NCBI GenBank assembly: GCA_009914755.4
Contig: CP068257.2
Span: 2,048,001 to 2,112,000, forward strand
Direction: 5' to 3'
Length of the DNA stretch: 64,000 nucleotides
Origin: the human T2T-CHM13v2.0 reference genome, Homo sapiens
Shown: positions 63,467 through 64,000 of the stretch, in pieces
Layout: each line of letters begins with the position of its first letter
How positions within the stretch are numbered: position 1 is the first letter of the stretch
Translations under genes and position numbers: made by a program
The notes under the pieces: model-generated
Seen by the model: only the letters and a program-made list of their open reading frames with translations
The model's database searches: none
What the model was told of the DNA's origin: nothing

Positions 63467-64000
63467 AGTATAATGGGATTGAGTGGAGTGGAGTGGAGTG
63501 GAATGGAGTGGAGAGGAGTGGAGTGATGTGGAATGGTGGGGAGTGGAGTTTAATGGATTAGAGTTGAGTGGAATGCAATGGAATGGAGAGGAGTGGAATG
63601 GGATGGAGTGGAGTGGAATGGACTGGAGCAGGGTGAAATGGACTGGAGTGGAATTGAATGGAATGGAGTGGAGTGGAATGGAAAGGAATGGAGTAGAATG
63701 GAGTGGAGTGGAGTGGAGTGCAATGGAGTGTGGTGGAATGCAATGGAGTATAGCGGAATAGAATGGAGTGGAGTGGAATTTACTGGAATGGAGTGGAATG
63801 GACTGGAGTCAACTGGAATGGAGTTGAGTGGAGTGGAATGGAGTTGAGTGGAGTGGAATGGAATGGAGTGGAGTGGAGTGGAATGGAATGGAGTGCAGTG
63901 GAGTGGAGTGGAGTGAAATGGAGTGGAGTGGAGTGCAATGGAGTGTGGTGGAATGCAATGGAGTGGAGTGGAATAGAATGGAGTGGAGTGGAATTCACTG

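Larger units (their letters stand above)
1..64000 (+). repeat. Human satellite III-type (HSat3/HSat2 family) pentameric (GGAAT)n pericentromeric satellite array, with the G-rich strand on + over the whole window
   Basis: Directly visible: ggaat / ggagt pentamers dominate every line. Derived ORFs are (MEWNG)n on + and (IPFHS)n on -. The 10-mer CAACCCGAGT and embedded Alu tails place it in hominid HSat3. No unique-sequence interruption longer than ~70 bp was found. Confidence 0.93.
57290..64000 (+). repeat. Satellite sub-array in which a ~65-bp Alu 3'-tail fragment is part of the repeating unit. It has 11 copies at irregular spacing of 0.14-1.0 kb, all in + orientation
   Basis: Each copy has the form ...aatgg|GTG(C/T)TGAGATTGTGCCACTGC(A/G)CTACAGCCTGTGTGACAGAGGGAGA(T/C)CCTGTCGAAAGAAAGG|agtggaatggg(a/t)tggagtggagtg. 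The conserved downstream flank and shared truncation point argue for amplification of one ancestral insertion. Confidence 0.85.

Noticed and set aside
1-64000. A novel prokaryotic defence or mobile system (CRISPR array, toxin-antitoxin, phage island)
   Set aside because: The sequence is primate satellite DNA. It has no CRISPR-type 28-37-bp direct repeats with unique spacers, only a 5-bp period with HORs. There are no RBS or operon structures and no complex-sequence genes, so there is nothing to support such a call.
1-64000. Alpha-satellite (171-bp) centromeric repeat, telomeric TTAGGG, rDNA or tRNA genes
   Set aside because: No 171-bp periodicity, no TTAGGG runs and no structured RNA-like unique segments were seen. 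Periodicity is 5 bp plus HORs of 0.6-4.5 kb, which fits HSat2/3 rather than alpha satellite.

Overview
The whole 64-kb window is one eukaryotic pentameric satellite array of the (GGAAT)n / (ATTCC)n type. This is the human satellite III / satellite II family of pericentromeric heterochromatin. I call it human or great-ape because it carries the CAACCCGAGT 10-mer typical of HSat3 and embedded Alu 3'-tail fragments. The G-rich strand (GGAAT) lies on + throughout, with no strand switch.

There are no credible protein-coding genes, tRNAs, rRNAs or CRISPR arrays. Every ORF in the six-frame track is an artefact. A perfect GGAAT repeat has no stop codon in any of the six frames and has an ATG every 5 nt. 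It therefore translates to (MEWNG)n on + and (IPFHS)n on -.

The window does show a mosaic of satellite sub-domains with different homogeneity and higher-order-repeat (HOR) structure, roughly 5' to 3':
- 1-3900: diverged GGAAT/GGAGT array.
- 3935-5990: a very homogeneous GAATTC(EcoRI)/CCATGG(NcoI)-containing variant block with 25-50-bp units.
- ~6700-15000: a ~4.5-kb HOR in two tandem copies.
- 18800-22960: a sharply delimited block of classical HSat3 of the form (GGAAT)n-CAACCCGAGT, with nested duplications.
- 23000-57000: a more diverged GGAGT-rich array that carries a ~2.3-kb HOR (~39.1-45 kb), a ~630-bp HOR (~30.5-33.2 kb) and several recent small tandem duplications.
- 57290-64000: a sub-array punctuated 11 times by the same ~65-bp Alu 3'-tail fragment, always in + orientation and always with the same downstream flank.

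That last pattern means one ancient Alu-tail insertion was amplified along with the satellite unit. It is the most distinctive feature in the window.

I find no hidden protein system here. The plausible functional reading is heterochromatin and stress biology, where HSF1/SATIII-type nGAAn arrays and TEAD-like GGAATG motifs recur thousands of times. That reading is inference, not direct evidence.
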